DNA of 46,661 nt from Candidatus Nanohalarchaeota archaeon (GTDB taxonomy: Archaea; EX4484-52; B79-G9): positions 1 to 46,661 of the forward strand of contig QMVA01000001.1 of assembly GCA_003660865.1 (NCBI GenBank). Direction: 5' to 3'. The translations under genes were made by a program, and so were the position numbers. The notes under the pieces are model-generated. The model saw only the letters and a list, made by a program, of their open reading frames with translations. It was not told where the DNA came from and ran no database searches. Below, piece after piece: positions 17,771 to 26,011 of the stretch. How positions within the stretch are numbered: position 1 is the first letter of the stretch; each line of letters starts with the position of its first letter.

Positions 17771-19396
17771 ATGGATATGTGTTCAATGACTTCTGCGTAC
17801 AGGACAGTAGACCAACTGACAGATGCAGTATATGGGTCATATCTAAATGTCAAGAAAAGAGAGGATTCGGATCCTGCGTGGAAGAAAAGAGTGTTTGCAA
17901 ACAGGAAGAAACTTGCGCAGCACATTGAGAAGTTTCATAAGGTTTCAGGTGCACTTACTCCCGCGGTTCAGCAGGGGCTTGATGTCCTGCGCAGAAAAAA
18001 GGACTGTATATTCCTGATGACCGCACACCAGACAAATTTCATGCCGTATTCAGGAGTCATGAGGAAGACCACGCTTATGCATGCTGTAGCAGAGAAACTG
18101 GAAAATATATCTGATATCGATGTGGTTGAATTTTATGGTATAGCCAACCAGGATATTGCGTCGTCATGGCCATGGCTGAAAATGACTCAACTGCCAAGTA
18201 TCTTTCATAAGAATGGTATTTTTGAGTTGTCGTATCCGTTGAAGAAAGAGTATGAGAAGAAAATTCATGCTGCGGTTTCGAAGCCTGCATGGTCAGATAT
18301 CGCGAAATGGAGGCGTGATGCAGAGGAGTGGATGAAACTCAGCATGAACTTAATCGAGAGTTATGGGTATACTATCTCTTCTGAAAACAAAAAAAAACTA
18401 TATTGCAACTACAAAAAGTTTACAAATATTATCAATTGTTCAAATGAATCTGCGCGCAATTTTGCGGAATTCAATGCAATCATGATCTCAAAAATAGTAA
18501 ACAATCACTTCGGCTATGGTACTCTTTTTTCTCTTTTCACAGACTGCCAACAGGTTTTCGATAAAGAGTTCCTGTATTTGCTTGAAAACCACGGGAAATA
18601 TCACACTTATCTTAATAGTGTCAAGGGAACGAGAGATGCGAGAGCAGTTGCTCCTTTCTGGTACCATTGCGAATGTCTTGGCAAAGTCGAACTTGAGATT
18701 GCACGAGGGAAAGATGCACTTGAATTGTCAGGCAGGTGTCCTGCGTGTGGTAAGATGCATGTGTTCCAGCTTAATGAAGGTAAAGTGTCCCGAGACTTTG
18801 CAAAAATCTTAAAGAATATATCTGCAAGGGCGAGGCCAATGACGCTTGTGTTTTTTGAAGGGCTTGGGGTGAACATGTATGTTGGAGGCGCACTTGCAGG
18901 CAAATGCTACCTGAATGATGCAAAATATATTGCAGATAGGATGCATCTGAACTTTCCGCCTATCGCTATATGGCGCCCGAAGGAAAAGTACAAAGGGCTT
19001 GCCCAGTTATCATGTGAACTGTATAAAAAAAGCGCATGTGGTGACCCTAGTCTGGAGGAAACTATCAAGTATGTCGAAGGTGAGATAAATTCAGTGAATA
19101 ATCGGATGGGTGTAATTGATGCACTTATAAGAAATGCGACTTCAGAGCATGAGCGCAACAGGATGATTGCAGAAAAAAACAGTATCCGGAAACGTCATGA
19201 CTTGAGAGCGCTCACAAAGGAGTTGTCTTCCTTAAAAAAGATCAGTGGTGCAGAATCGGTAATTCCATCAATAATGGATTATGCGATAAACATAGGACTT
19301 AAAAGCACATGTGATCAATGGCGTAGTCATTTGATTGACAATGGGAGTTTGACAGAGGATGTAAATCTTGATTCGATATTAGAGACAAAGAGGTAA
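17771..19396 (+). CDS. BshC-like (UPF0747/DUF2317-type) putative amide ligase with inserted zinc ribbon
   Basis: By-eye alignment to B. subtilis BshC as I remember it gives three matches. LMTAHQTNFMPYSGVMRKT..AVAEKL...VEFYGIANQD matches VVGGQQAGLLTGPLYTIHKI..VLAK..IFWVAGEDHD. GGALAGKCYLNDAKYIADRMHLNFPPIAIWRP matches GPGEINYWGELKQAFAVMGFKMPPVMPR. The C-terminal PSIMDYAINIGL matches RIWNIMYYLNRYG. The start was set at ATG 17771, just after the upstream stop. Confidence 0.6.
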   Translation: MDMCSMTSAYRTVDQLTDAVYGSYLNVKKREDSDPAWKKRVFANRKKLAQHIEKFHKVSGALTPAVQQGLDVLRRKKDCIFLMTAHQTNFMPYSGVMRKTTLMHAVAEKLENISDIDVVEFYGIANQDIASSWPWLKMTQLPSIFHKNGIFELSYPLKKEYEKKIHAAVSKPAWSDIAKWRRDAEEWMKLSMNLIESYGYTISSENKKKLYCNYKKFTNIINCSNESARNFAEFNAIMISKIVNNHFGYGTLFSLFTDCQQVFDKEFLYLLENHGKYHTYLNSVKGTRDARAVAPFWYHCECLGKVELEIARGKDALELSGRCPACGKMHVFQLNEGKVSRDFAKILKNISARARPMTLVFFEGLGVNMYVGGALAGKCYLNDAKYIADRMHLNFPPIAIWRPKEKYKGLAQLSCELYKKSACGDPSLEETIKYVEGEINSVNNRMGVIDALIRNATSEHERNRMIAEKNSIRKRHDLRALTKELSSLKKISGAESVIPSIMDYAINIGLKSTCDQWRSHLIDNGSLTEDVNLDSILETKR

Positions 19397-19401
19397 TAGA
19401 T

Positions 19402-20025
19402 ATGACACATAATGAATTTGTGATAGAAAATTATAATAAATGGATTGACAAGAATCCCGGTATAGGTATCATGGGTTATGGCAGTGAGCAGTCGCAGGAT
19501 ATACGTTTCGGGACACTATTCAAAGCAGGCGATATGGCAGGAAAGACAATACTTGATGTCGGGTGCGGGAGAGGTGACTTTGCTGCAAAATTAGTGAGGA
19601 GCGGGGTAAAGTACAAGAGATATCTTGGTATAGATATAGTTCCGCAAATGATTGATATTGCAAAAAAAGCAAATTCTTCTGAGAATGTGGAGTTTAGAGT
19701 ACTTGATATTTTGGCTTGCAGTGAAAAATTGTCTTTTGATTATGTTATCATGTGCGGTCCGCTGAATCTTCGGACCCCGCATACAGAAGAGACTGCAAAA
19801 AAGCTGATAAGGAAGGCGTATGAGATAGCAAAAATTGGTGTTGCTTTCAATATGACGAGTATTTTGGGTGATGAGGATAAGAAGACAGATCATACATACT
19901 ATTTTGACCCGTTTGATGTTTTGCGGTTCTGCGCAGGGATGACGAGGAACCTCTGGTTTGACCATACATATCTTCCGCATGATTTTACGGTTTTTATGTA
20001 TCGTAAAGGGGAGTATGAATTGTGA
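19402..20025 (+). CDS. Class I SAM-dependent methyltransferase
   Basis: Motif I ILDVGCGRGDF is present, with an acidic motif II LGIDI downstream. The protein is 207 aa. Confidence 0.85.
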   Translation: MTHNEFVIENYNKWIDKNPGIGIMGYGSEQSQDIRFGTLFKAGDMAGKTILDVGCGRGDFAAKLVRSGVKYKRYLGIDIVPQMIDIAKKANSSENVEFRVLDILACSEKLSFDYVIMCGPLNLRTPHTEETAKKLIRKAYEIAKIGVAFNMTSILGDEDKKTDHTYYFDPFDVLRFCAGMTRNLWFDHTYLPHDFTVFMYRKGEYEL

Positions 20026-20087
20026 GGACTTAGGTAATGCGGTGCACAAAACAGAATATATGGGAAGTGCGAATCATCTGGTTTCAA

Positions 20088-20140
20088 ACGCTAAAGATTT
20101 TGCTGTCCTCAATGCCTTGAGCGATACGGCAAAATCGCGT
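20088..20140. ncRNA. Candidate structured element, copy 1 (53-nt extended hairpin)
   Basis: acgc/gcgt closes the structure. The middle stem gattttgctgt pairs with acggcaaaatc (one G-U). The inner stem is ctcaa-tgcc-ttgag. The 5' strand ttcaaacgctaaagatt is identical to that at 25877-25893. Strand and function are unknown. Confidence 0.4.
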
Positions 20141-20233
20141 GATTACTATTGGTTTTGATGGTACTTTATTGGTTATGTTGTTGTTTGGGCAAAGATAGTA
20201 ACTATTTATAATATTTCTGAAATAATAAACAGC

Positions 20234-20953
20234 ATGAATACCAGATTTCTTGAGGATGCCGGCTTGACAGAAAATGAGTCTAAGGTATATCTTGCGCTTC
20301 TTCGCACTGGTTCGGCTACAGCAGGTGAGATTACAGAGAAAAGCGGGGTACACAGGCGCAATGTTTATGATGCTATCGAGCGCCTGAAGGAGAAGGAACT
20401 TGTGAGCGGGCTTGAGCAAAATAATAAGAAATATTTTCATCCCAGTGATCCTGAAGAGCTTGTGAATATTCTTAAGAAGAGGCAGAGGAATATAGAGACA
20501 ATAATACCGGATCTCAAAAGGCTCTATGAAAGCCCTGAAACGAAAGAGATTGTGCAGTTGTTTCATGGTGATGTTGGCTTAAAAGCGATTATGGAGATGC
20601 AGGTAGAAGATAATCACGATGTTTTTGTTCTTGCGAGTAGGGATTCAATCGCAGAGATGCTCAGGTTCACTTATCCAGAATATGTAAAGGAGAGGGTAGA
20701 GAAAAATATCTGGATACATTTTATCTTCAATTCATTCGAGGGTGGAAAAACAGTGTCGTCTGCTCCTCTATCAAAAGTGAGGTACTTCCCGAAAGAACAT
20801 TCAGTGCCGTCGACTTTCATGGTGTGGGGTAATAAATCTGCTATAATGCTGTTTACAGAGAATAATCCGGTAATAATGCTTTTCAATAATGAAAGAATTG
20901 CAAAGGATGTCATGGATTATTTTAATCTGATATGGGAGATAGCTATCCGATAA
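20234..20953 (+). CDS. TrmB-family transcriptional regulator
   Basis: The N-terminal winged helix-turn-helix LTENESKVYLALLRTGSATAGEITEKSGVHRRNVYDAIERLKEKELV is typical of TrmB. TATA ctatttataa lies about 25 nt upstream, suggesting a leaderless transcript. Confidence 0.85.
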   Translation: MNTRFLEDAGLTENESKVYLALLRTGSATAGEITEKSGVHRRNVYDAIERLKEKELVSGLEQNNKKYFHPSDPEELVNILKKRQRNIETIIPDLKRLYESPETKEIVQLFHGDVGLKAIMEMQVEDNHDVFVLASRDSIAEMLRFTYPEYVKERVEKNIWIHFIFNSFEGGKTVSSAPLSKVRYFPKEHSVPSTFMVWGNKSAIMLFTENNPVIMLFNNERIAKDVMDYFNLIWEIAIR

Positions 20954-20992
20954 AATACATATATGTATATGTGCAATACATTGAGTGACATA

Positions 20993-21039
20993 GTCAATCC
21001 AACAATGATTGACCTTTATGTTGGATTGCTATATCATGG
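20993..21039 (+). repeat. 47-nt hairpin element, copy 1
   Basis: The sequence is gtcaatccaacaatgattgacctttatgttggattgctatatcatgg. It has 10-bp arms caatccaaca/tgttggattg and an alternative 6-bp stem gtcaat/attgac. It matches the reverse complement of 33697-33743 at 44 of 47 positions. Confidence 0.75.
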
Positions 21040-21128
21040 GCACTGTCCTAATTAACGAATGTACTCGGAGTATGCAAAAAACTGTGAACATAAATAATTT
21101 ATATACTTCCTGTCCCAATATTTTTTCT

Positions 21129-22433
21129 ATGAAAGTTCTCAAAGATGCGACAGTTTTTGTAGATAATGTGCTGAAAAAGAGGGACATCGGCATAGAAGGA
21201 GAGAAAATAGTAAAGATTGAAAAAAACCTTCACGGAGATGAGATAGACTGTACTGGCCTTGTTATTCTCCCCGGTGCAATAGATATTCATGTCCATTTTC
21301 GTGATTTCAGGGAAAAGCGTAAAGAAGATTGGTTCTCTGGCTCAAGAGCCGCAGCAAAAGGCGGTGTGACGACTGTATTTGATATGGTAAATAATGACCC
21401 ACCAATCACGACATATGAAAGGCTCATGAAAAAAAAACGAATCGCAAAAAAAAGTGTAGTGAATTATGGTCTTTATTTCGGTCTCGGACCGGGAAACCTG
21501 GGTGACTTAAATGATGTTGCGCCTCATGTTTGTGGGTTTAAGCTTCATATGTGCAAAACCACGGGCGATCTGCTTCTGACAGACCCTGTGCTCCAGAAGA
21601 AATCATTTGAAGCAGTAAAAAAAACAGGGAAGGTAATAGTAGTCCATGCAGAAGACCAGAAGACACTAGATATGGCAGAGGGCATACACAAAAAGAGATG
21701 CGATTTTCTTGCTCACGCAGACTCAAGACCGCGCCTTGCAGAGTCCCGCGCAGTAGCATACGCAATAGCATGCGCAAAAGAAACAGGCGCGAAAACGCAT
21801 CTTACGCATATCTCAACGGGGCTTGCCCTTACACAGATAAGAAGAGCAAAACAGAGAGACGCTATGGATATCACATGCGATACGACTCTCACATACATGT
21901 TTTTCACGCGTGACAATCTTGAGGAGATGGGCGCTTTCTGCAAGATGAACCCGCCTGTGAGAACAAAAGAAGATCTTGTTTCAGTCTGGGAATCAATAAA
22001 ATACAATATCATAGACATAATCTCAACAGACCATGCCCCGCACACAATAAAGGAAAAAGAGGGCGAGGACTTCAAAACCGTTCCGGCAGGAATACCCGGA
22101 GTAGAGATGAGACTCCCGCTCCTTCTTGATGCAGTAAACAAAAACATGCTAACACTTGAAACGCTTGTAAAAACATGCTGCACAAACCCGGCAAGGCGCT
22201 TCAACCTGAAAGGGAGGGGTGAAATAAAAGAAGGCAACTACGCGGATCTGGTGGCTGTCAATATGGATCTCAGAAAAGACGTAAAAAGGGAAGAGCAGGT
22301 CACTAAATGCGGATGGTCGCCGTATGAGGGAATGAGCTTAAAAGGCTGGCCGATAAAGACTTTTGTCAATGGGAATCTTGTGTACAATTTCGGGAAGTTG
22401 TATCATAATCAGGGGAAAGACCTTTTTGAATAA
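21129..22433 (+). CDS. pyrC: Dihydroorotase
   Basis: Contains IDIHVHFRDF, AAAKGGVTTVFDM and STDHAPH, the amidohydrolase metal ligands in the class I DHOase pattern. The start was moved to ATG 21129 (MKVLKDATVF), which has an AT-rich TATA about 25-35 nt upstream. The track ORF begins at 21009. Confidence 0.85.
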   Translation: MKVLKDATVFVDNVLKKRDIGIEGEKIVKIEKNLHGDEIDCTGLVILPGAIDIHVHFRDFREKRKEDWFSGSRAAAKGGVTTVFDMVNNDPPITTYERLMKKKRIAKKSVVNYGLYFGLGPGNLGDLNDVAPHVCGFKLHMCKTTGDLLLTDPVLQKKSFEAVKKTGKVIVVHAEDQKTLDMAEGIHKKRCDFLAHADSRPRLAESRAVAYAIACAKETGAKTHLTHISTGLALTQIRRAKQRDAMDITCDTTLTYMFFTRDNLEEMGAFCKMNPPVRTKEDLVSVWESIKYNIIDIISTDHAPHTIKEKEGEDFKTVPAGIPGVEMRLPLLLDAVNKNMLTLETLVKTCCTNPARRFNLKGRGEIKEGNYADLVAVNMDLRKDVKREEQVTKCGWSPYEGMSLKGWPIKTFVNGNLVYNFGKLYHNQGKDLFE

Positions 22434-22439
22434 CAAAAA

Positions 22440-23474
22440 GTGAAAGATATAACTGAAAACAAAAGCAACATCATCAAAAAAAAAGAGAACAGTAAAGAAT
22501 ATAACTCTCTTATTTCCTCTATAGGCATCCTTTTAGAAGATGCAAGAAAAAAAGTTTACATGCAGGTTAATCAAATCCTTGTCAAGACATATTGGGAAAT
22601 CGGAAAAAATATTGTTGAATTCGAACAGAAAGGAAAAGAAAGAGCAGAATATGGCACTAAGTTATTTGAGACATTAGCAAAGGATTTGAGACAGAAATAC
22701 GGAAAAGGATTTAGTAGAAGTAATGTAATCTATATGAGAGTGTTCTATTTCAAGTATCCAAAAAGTCAGACACTGTCTGACCAATTGACATGGAGTCACT
22801 ATATAGAGCTTCTGATGGTTGGTGATGACCTTGAACGTTCATTTTATGAAAAACAGTACATCAAAGAAAGATGGTCTGTAAGAGAACTTAAATGACAGAA
22901 AAATTCTTTGCTCTTCGAGAGAATTTCTATGAATAAAGATACGGTAAGCGTTTTGGAACTGGCTCAAAAAGGGTACACTATCAAGAAAGCAGAAGATTTG
23001 ATAAAAGACCCCTATGTGTTGGAGTTCTTGGGAATTTCTGAAAATCGAGCATATTCTGAAAAAGAACTGGAGCAAAGCATAATTGACAATTTACAAAATT
23101 TTTTGCTGGAATTAGGAAAAGGTTTCACTTTCGTTGCCAGACAATTTAGAATTAGCCTGGGAAACAGGCATTACTATGTTGATTTAGTATTCTACCATAG
23201 AATCCTGAAATGCTTCGTGTTAATTGATTTGAAAATAGGTGAAGTAACTCATGCTGATGTTGGTCAGATGAACATGTACCTGAATTATTTCAGAAAAGAA
23301 GAGATGACGAAAGAAGATAATGAGCCTGTTGGAATTATACTTGCCAAAGAAAAAGAAACAATTGTTGTGGAGTATGCCTTAGGTGGATTATCTAACAAGT
23401 TGTTTGTATCGAAGTATAAACTATACCTACCAAGCAAAGAAGAGCTGGAAAAAGAAGTAGAAAGACTGATTTAG
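22440..23474 (+). pseudogene. DUF1016 / YhcG-like PD-(D/E)XK nuclease gene interrupted by one in-frame TGA
   Basis: The two track ORFs (22440-22895 and 22908-23474) are in the same frame. Reading through gives ...WSVRELK*QKNSLLFERISMNKD..., which is contiguous with the usual DUF1016 WSVRELerqi.s.LfER motif. The C-terminal half carries the nuclease-core pattern YYVDLVFYH...LIDLKIGE. Confidence 0.7.
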
Positions 23475-23570
23475 CCAGTAAACTCCCAAACCATTTTCAG
23501 GTAAACCTGCAAACAGAGCAGAAAAACAAGCAAAGAAAAGCATTTACAACAAAACAGGACATATCAAAAA

Positions 23571-24368
23571 GTGAAAAAAATGAACATAACAGACGCAATG
23601 ATACTTGGCATAATACAGGGTGTCTTTGAATGGCTGCCTGTGAGCAGTGAAGGTATGACTTCAATTTATCTGCTGGCGAGAGATTATACGCTGCAGGAGG
23701 CAATTTCCATATCAATCTGGCTGCATACAGGAACGCTTCTTGTAGCAGCCATCTATTTCAGAAAGGATTTGAAAGCCATACTAAAAAGCCTCCCGAGCTA
23801 TCTTAAAAAGAGACCTACACCAGCAACATCAATCATAACATTTTTGATTATCTCAACTGCATGTACCGGGATAGTCGGTCTGCTGATATTAATATACAGT
23901 CTGGATAAGCTAAACTTTAGCGGCGCTCATGCAACAGCATTCATAGGTATCCTTCTCGTCATCACTGGAATCCTCCAGAAAAATATGCGAAATAACCAGA
24001 AAGAAAAAAAACTAACTGTTGCAGATGGCATTATTGTGGGGATTATGCAGGGATTTTCTGCGATGCCCGGTCTCTCAAGGTCCGGACTTACAACAGCAGG
24101 GCTAATATTTCGAAAACACAATGCAGAAGAATCATTGAGGTTGAGTTTTCTTATGAGTATCCCGGCAGTCTTTGCAGCAGAAGCCGGACTTGGACTTATG
24201 GATAAAATTGTGGTTGATGCGAATTCTCTGGTTGCAATTGCAATATCTTTTGTCACAGGGTACGTGACTATTGGAGCGTTAATCAAGTTCGCGCAAAAAG
24301 TGCGTTTCTGGAAGTTTTGTGTATTGCTTGGAATCCTGAGTATTGTGCCGTATATCCTGACTTTGTGA
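23571..24368 (+). CDS. uppP: Undecaprenyl-diphosphate phosphatase (UppP/BacA family)
   Basis: Contains GVFEWLPVSSEGM (the EflPvSSsgH-like motif) and PGLSRSG, with about 8 TM helices. An ATG at 23580 is an alternative to GTG 23571. Confidence 0.85.
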   Translation: MKKMNITDAMILGIIQGVFEWLPVSSEGMTSIYLLARDYTLQEAISISIWLHTGTLLVAAIYFRKDLKAILKSLPSYLKKRPTPATSIITFLIISTACTGIVGLLILIYSLDKLNFSGAHATAFIGILLVITGILQKNMRNNQKEKKLTVADGIIVGIMQGFSAMPGLSRSGLTTAGLIFRKHNAEESLRLSFLMSIPAVFAAEAGLGLMDKIVVDANSLVAIAISFVTGYVTIGALIKFAQKVRFWKFCVLLGILSIVPYILTL

Positions 24369-24487
24369 ACATTGTAATTCATAGAATCTGTATGGGATTG
24401 GGGGTGGTGATTCCAGTCTTTTGATTGGTTGGTCTATTGTGTTGCGATTAGAAAAAGATAAATAACTCCACTTCTAATGAATATTCT

Positions 24488-25243
24488 ATGATAGATGCAC
24501 ATTGCCACCTTGAGCAGAAAGACTACAACAAGGACAGGGATGAAGTCATCGCAAGATGCCGGGAAAAAATGGATGCTGTAGTTACTTCGTGTGCTTATCC
24601 AGATGATTTTGATTTGACGATTTCACTTAAAAAACAATATCCTGACTTTATTTATGTCTGTGTGGGTATTCATCCAGAATATATAAAAGAATTAAAGCAG
24701 GAGCAAAAAGACGAGCTGATAGAAAAGATAAAAGGCAATAAGGACTTGATATCCGGGATAGGTGAGGTCGGTCTTGACTATTACTGGATAAAAGAGGAAG
24801 ATTTTAGGGAGAGGCAAAAGCAGATGTTTAAGGAATTTATAGGTCTTGCGAAAGAGTTGAATAAACCAATAGTAATCCATTCCCGTGATGCGCATGAGGA
24901 TACGCTTGACATTCTTGAGGAGGCAAAGGCAGAACGTGTGCTTCTTCATCTCTGGGGCGCAAATCAACTGGTTGGGCGGATAATTGAAAACAGATGGAAT
25001 GTGTCTTTTGGTCCCATACTTCTTCGTTCAAAAAAGCACAAAAAAATATGCCGCGATATGCCATTGGATAAGATTATGCTTGAGACGGATTCTCCGTGGT
25101 TTGGGGAGAACGGACAGAGAAACGAGCCGACAAGCGTCGAAAAAGTGATAGAGAGGATTGCAAAGATAAAAAAGCTTGAAGCGAATGAAGTTGATATAGC
25201 CACAACACAGAATGCAAAAAAATTCTTTGGGATAGGTGGCTGA
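24488..25243 (+). CDS. TatD-family metal-dependent hydrolase
   Basis: Contains MIDAHCHL, GEVGLDYYW, IHSRDA and ETDSPW, the TatD signature blocks. Confidence 0.9.
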   Translation: MIDAHCHLEQKDYNKDRDEVIARCREKMDAVVTSCAYPDDFDLTISLKKQYPDFIYVCVGIHPEYIKELKQEQKDELIEKIKGNKDLISGIGEVGLDYYWIKEEDFRERQKQMFKEFIGLAKELNKPIVIHSRDAHEDTLDILEEAKAERVLLHLWGANQLVGRIIENRWNVSFGPILLRSKKHKKICRDMPLDKIMLETDSPWFGENGQRNEPTSVEKVIERIAKIKKLEANEVDIATTQNAKKFFGIGG

Positions 25244-25246
25244 AAC

Positions 25247-25768
25247 TTATTTTCTCAAAATCGCAGGATAAGCATACTTCGCGTACTTTGCGATATGTCC
25301 TGCTTTATCCAGATCAAAGAACAACCTGCTGTCAATATATGCCACATGCTGCATCGCGTGCATACCCCGGAAAGCCCGACCAATAAACGGTACTGCCTCA
25401 AAACACCTCAATGTTTTCAGAAGCGGCAGCACAAACAAGATATCGATTGTTCTTCGCCTTAGAAAATGCCTGTATTGTCCATGGTGAAGATATTTATCAA
25501 GACCAATGTCAAGAAGAAACACTAAAAGAATAAATTTGTCTGCCAAGTGAATAATATTTTCCTGCAAAGGGTTCAGGGGAAGCGCTATCTCACATACCAA
25601 AAGCAAAAGGATAACAAGCGACAGGTACGGAATATTATACTTAAGAACATAGCGAATCTTATCAACTTTCAAAGAACACCCGCAAAATTCGCAAACCTTC
25701 TCGCTGACATGAAGCGACATACCGCAGTTAGAACACTCAAAAATAGATTTATGAATACGTTTGTGCAT
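25247..25768 (-). CDS. Zinc-ribbon membrane protein with an ion-transport (S1-S4)-like segment
   Basis: An N-terminal CSNCG...CEFCG zinc ribbon is followed by 3-4 hydrophobic helices. RRRTIDILFVLPLLKTLR resembles the S3/S4 region of voltage-sensor/ion_trans proteins. The functional call is weak. Confidence 0.45.
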   Translation of the reverse strand: MHKRIHKSIFECSNCGMSLHVSEKVCEFCGCSLKVDKIRYVLKYNIPYLSLVILLLLVCEIALPLNPLQENIIHLADKFILLVFLLDIGLDKYLHHGQYRHFLRRRTIDILFVLPLLKTLRCFEAVPFIGRAFRGMHAMQHVAYIDSRLFFDLDKAGHIAKYAKYAYPAILRK

Positions 25769-25881
25769 TGTCTCATCTCCCAGAGAAACATATTATCGCG
25801 TTTGTAGAATATATATTTATGGTTCTGTCTTTAGAAAGGTACTGGACAGATATGTTTTGGTAAAAATTTGGTTGTGTTCAA

Positions 25882-26005
25882 ACGCTAAAGATTCTGCCAC
25901 TCTATTGAGTGGCGGCATGCGGAATCTTTGCGTGTCAACAACCTTTGGTGATATGTGTGGAGCATGTGAGCATGTCGCCAGTCTATTGACTGGTGGTTGT
26001 TGACA
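25882..26005. ncRNA. Candidate structured element, copy 2 (52-nt hairpin) plus a second adjacent stem-loop domain
   Basis: Domain 1 (25882-25933) has acgc/gcgt closing, aaagattc/gaatcttt, and gccactc-tatt-gagtggc. Domain 2 has an 11-bp stem tgtcaacaacc (25933-25943) paired with ggttgttgaca (25995-26005), enclosing cgccagtc-tatt-gactggtg. Confidence 0.4.
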
Positions 26006-26011
26006 TATCGG

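Noticed and set aside
20088-20140. Assignment of the conserved hairpin family to C/D-box or H/ACA guide RNAs or to a tRNA fragment
   Set aside because: There is no RUGAUGA/CUGA box pair, and no ACA directly 3' of the basal stem in both copies. No convincing K-turn is present, and the loop sizes are incompatible with tRNA arms. It is left unclassified.
22893-22895. TGA reassigned as a sense codon (alternative genetic code) or selenocysteine
   Set aside because: TGA clearly terminates several well-defined genes here (for example at 3203-3205, 14854-14856, 16153-16155 and 17764-17766). No other gene needs read-through. The position is not a catalytic Cys site and I saw no SECIS-like hairpin.
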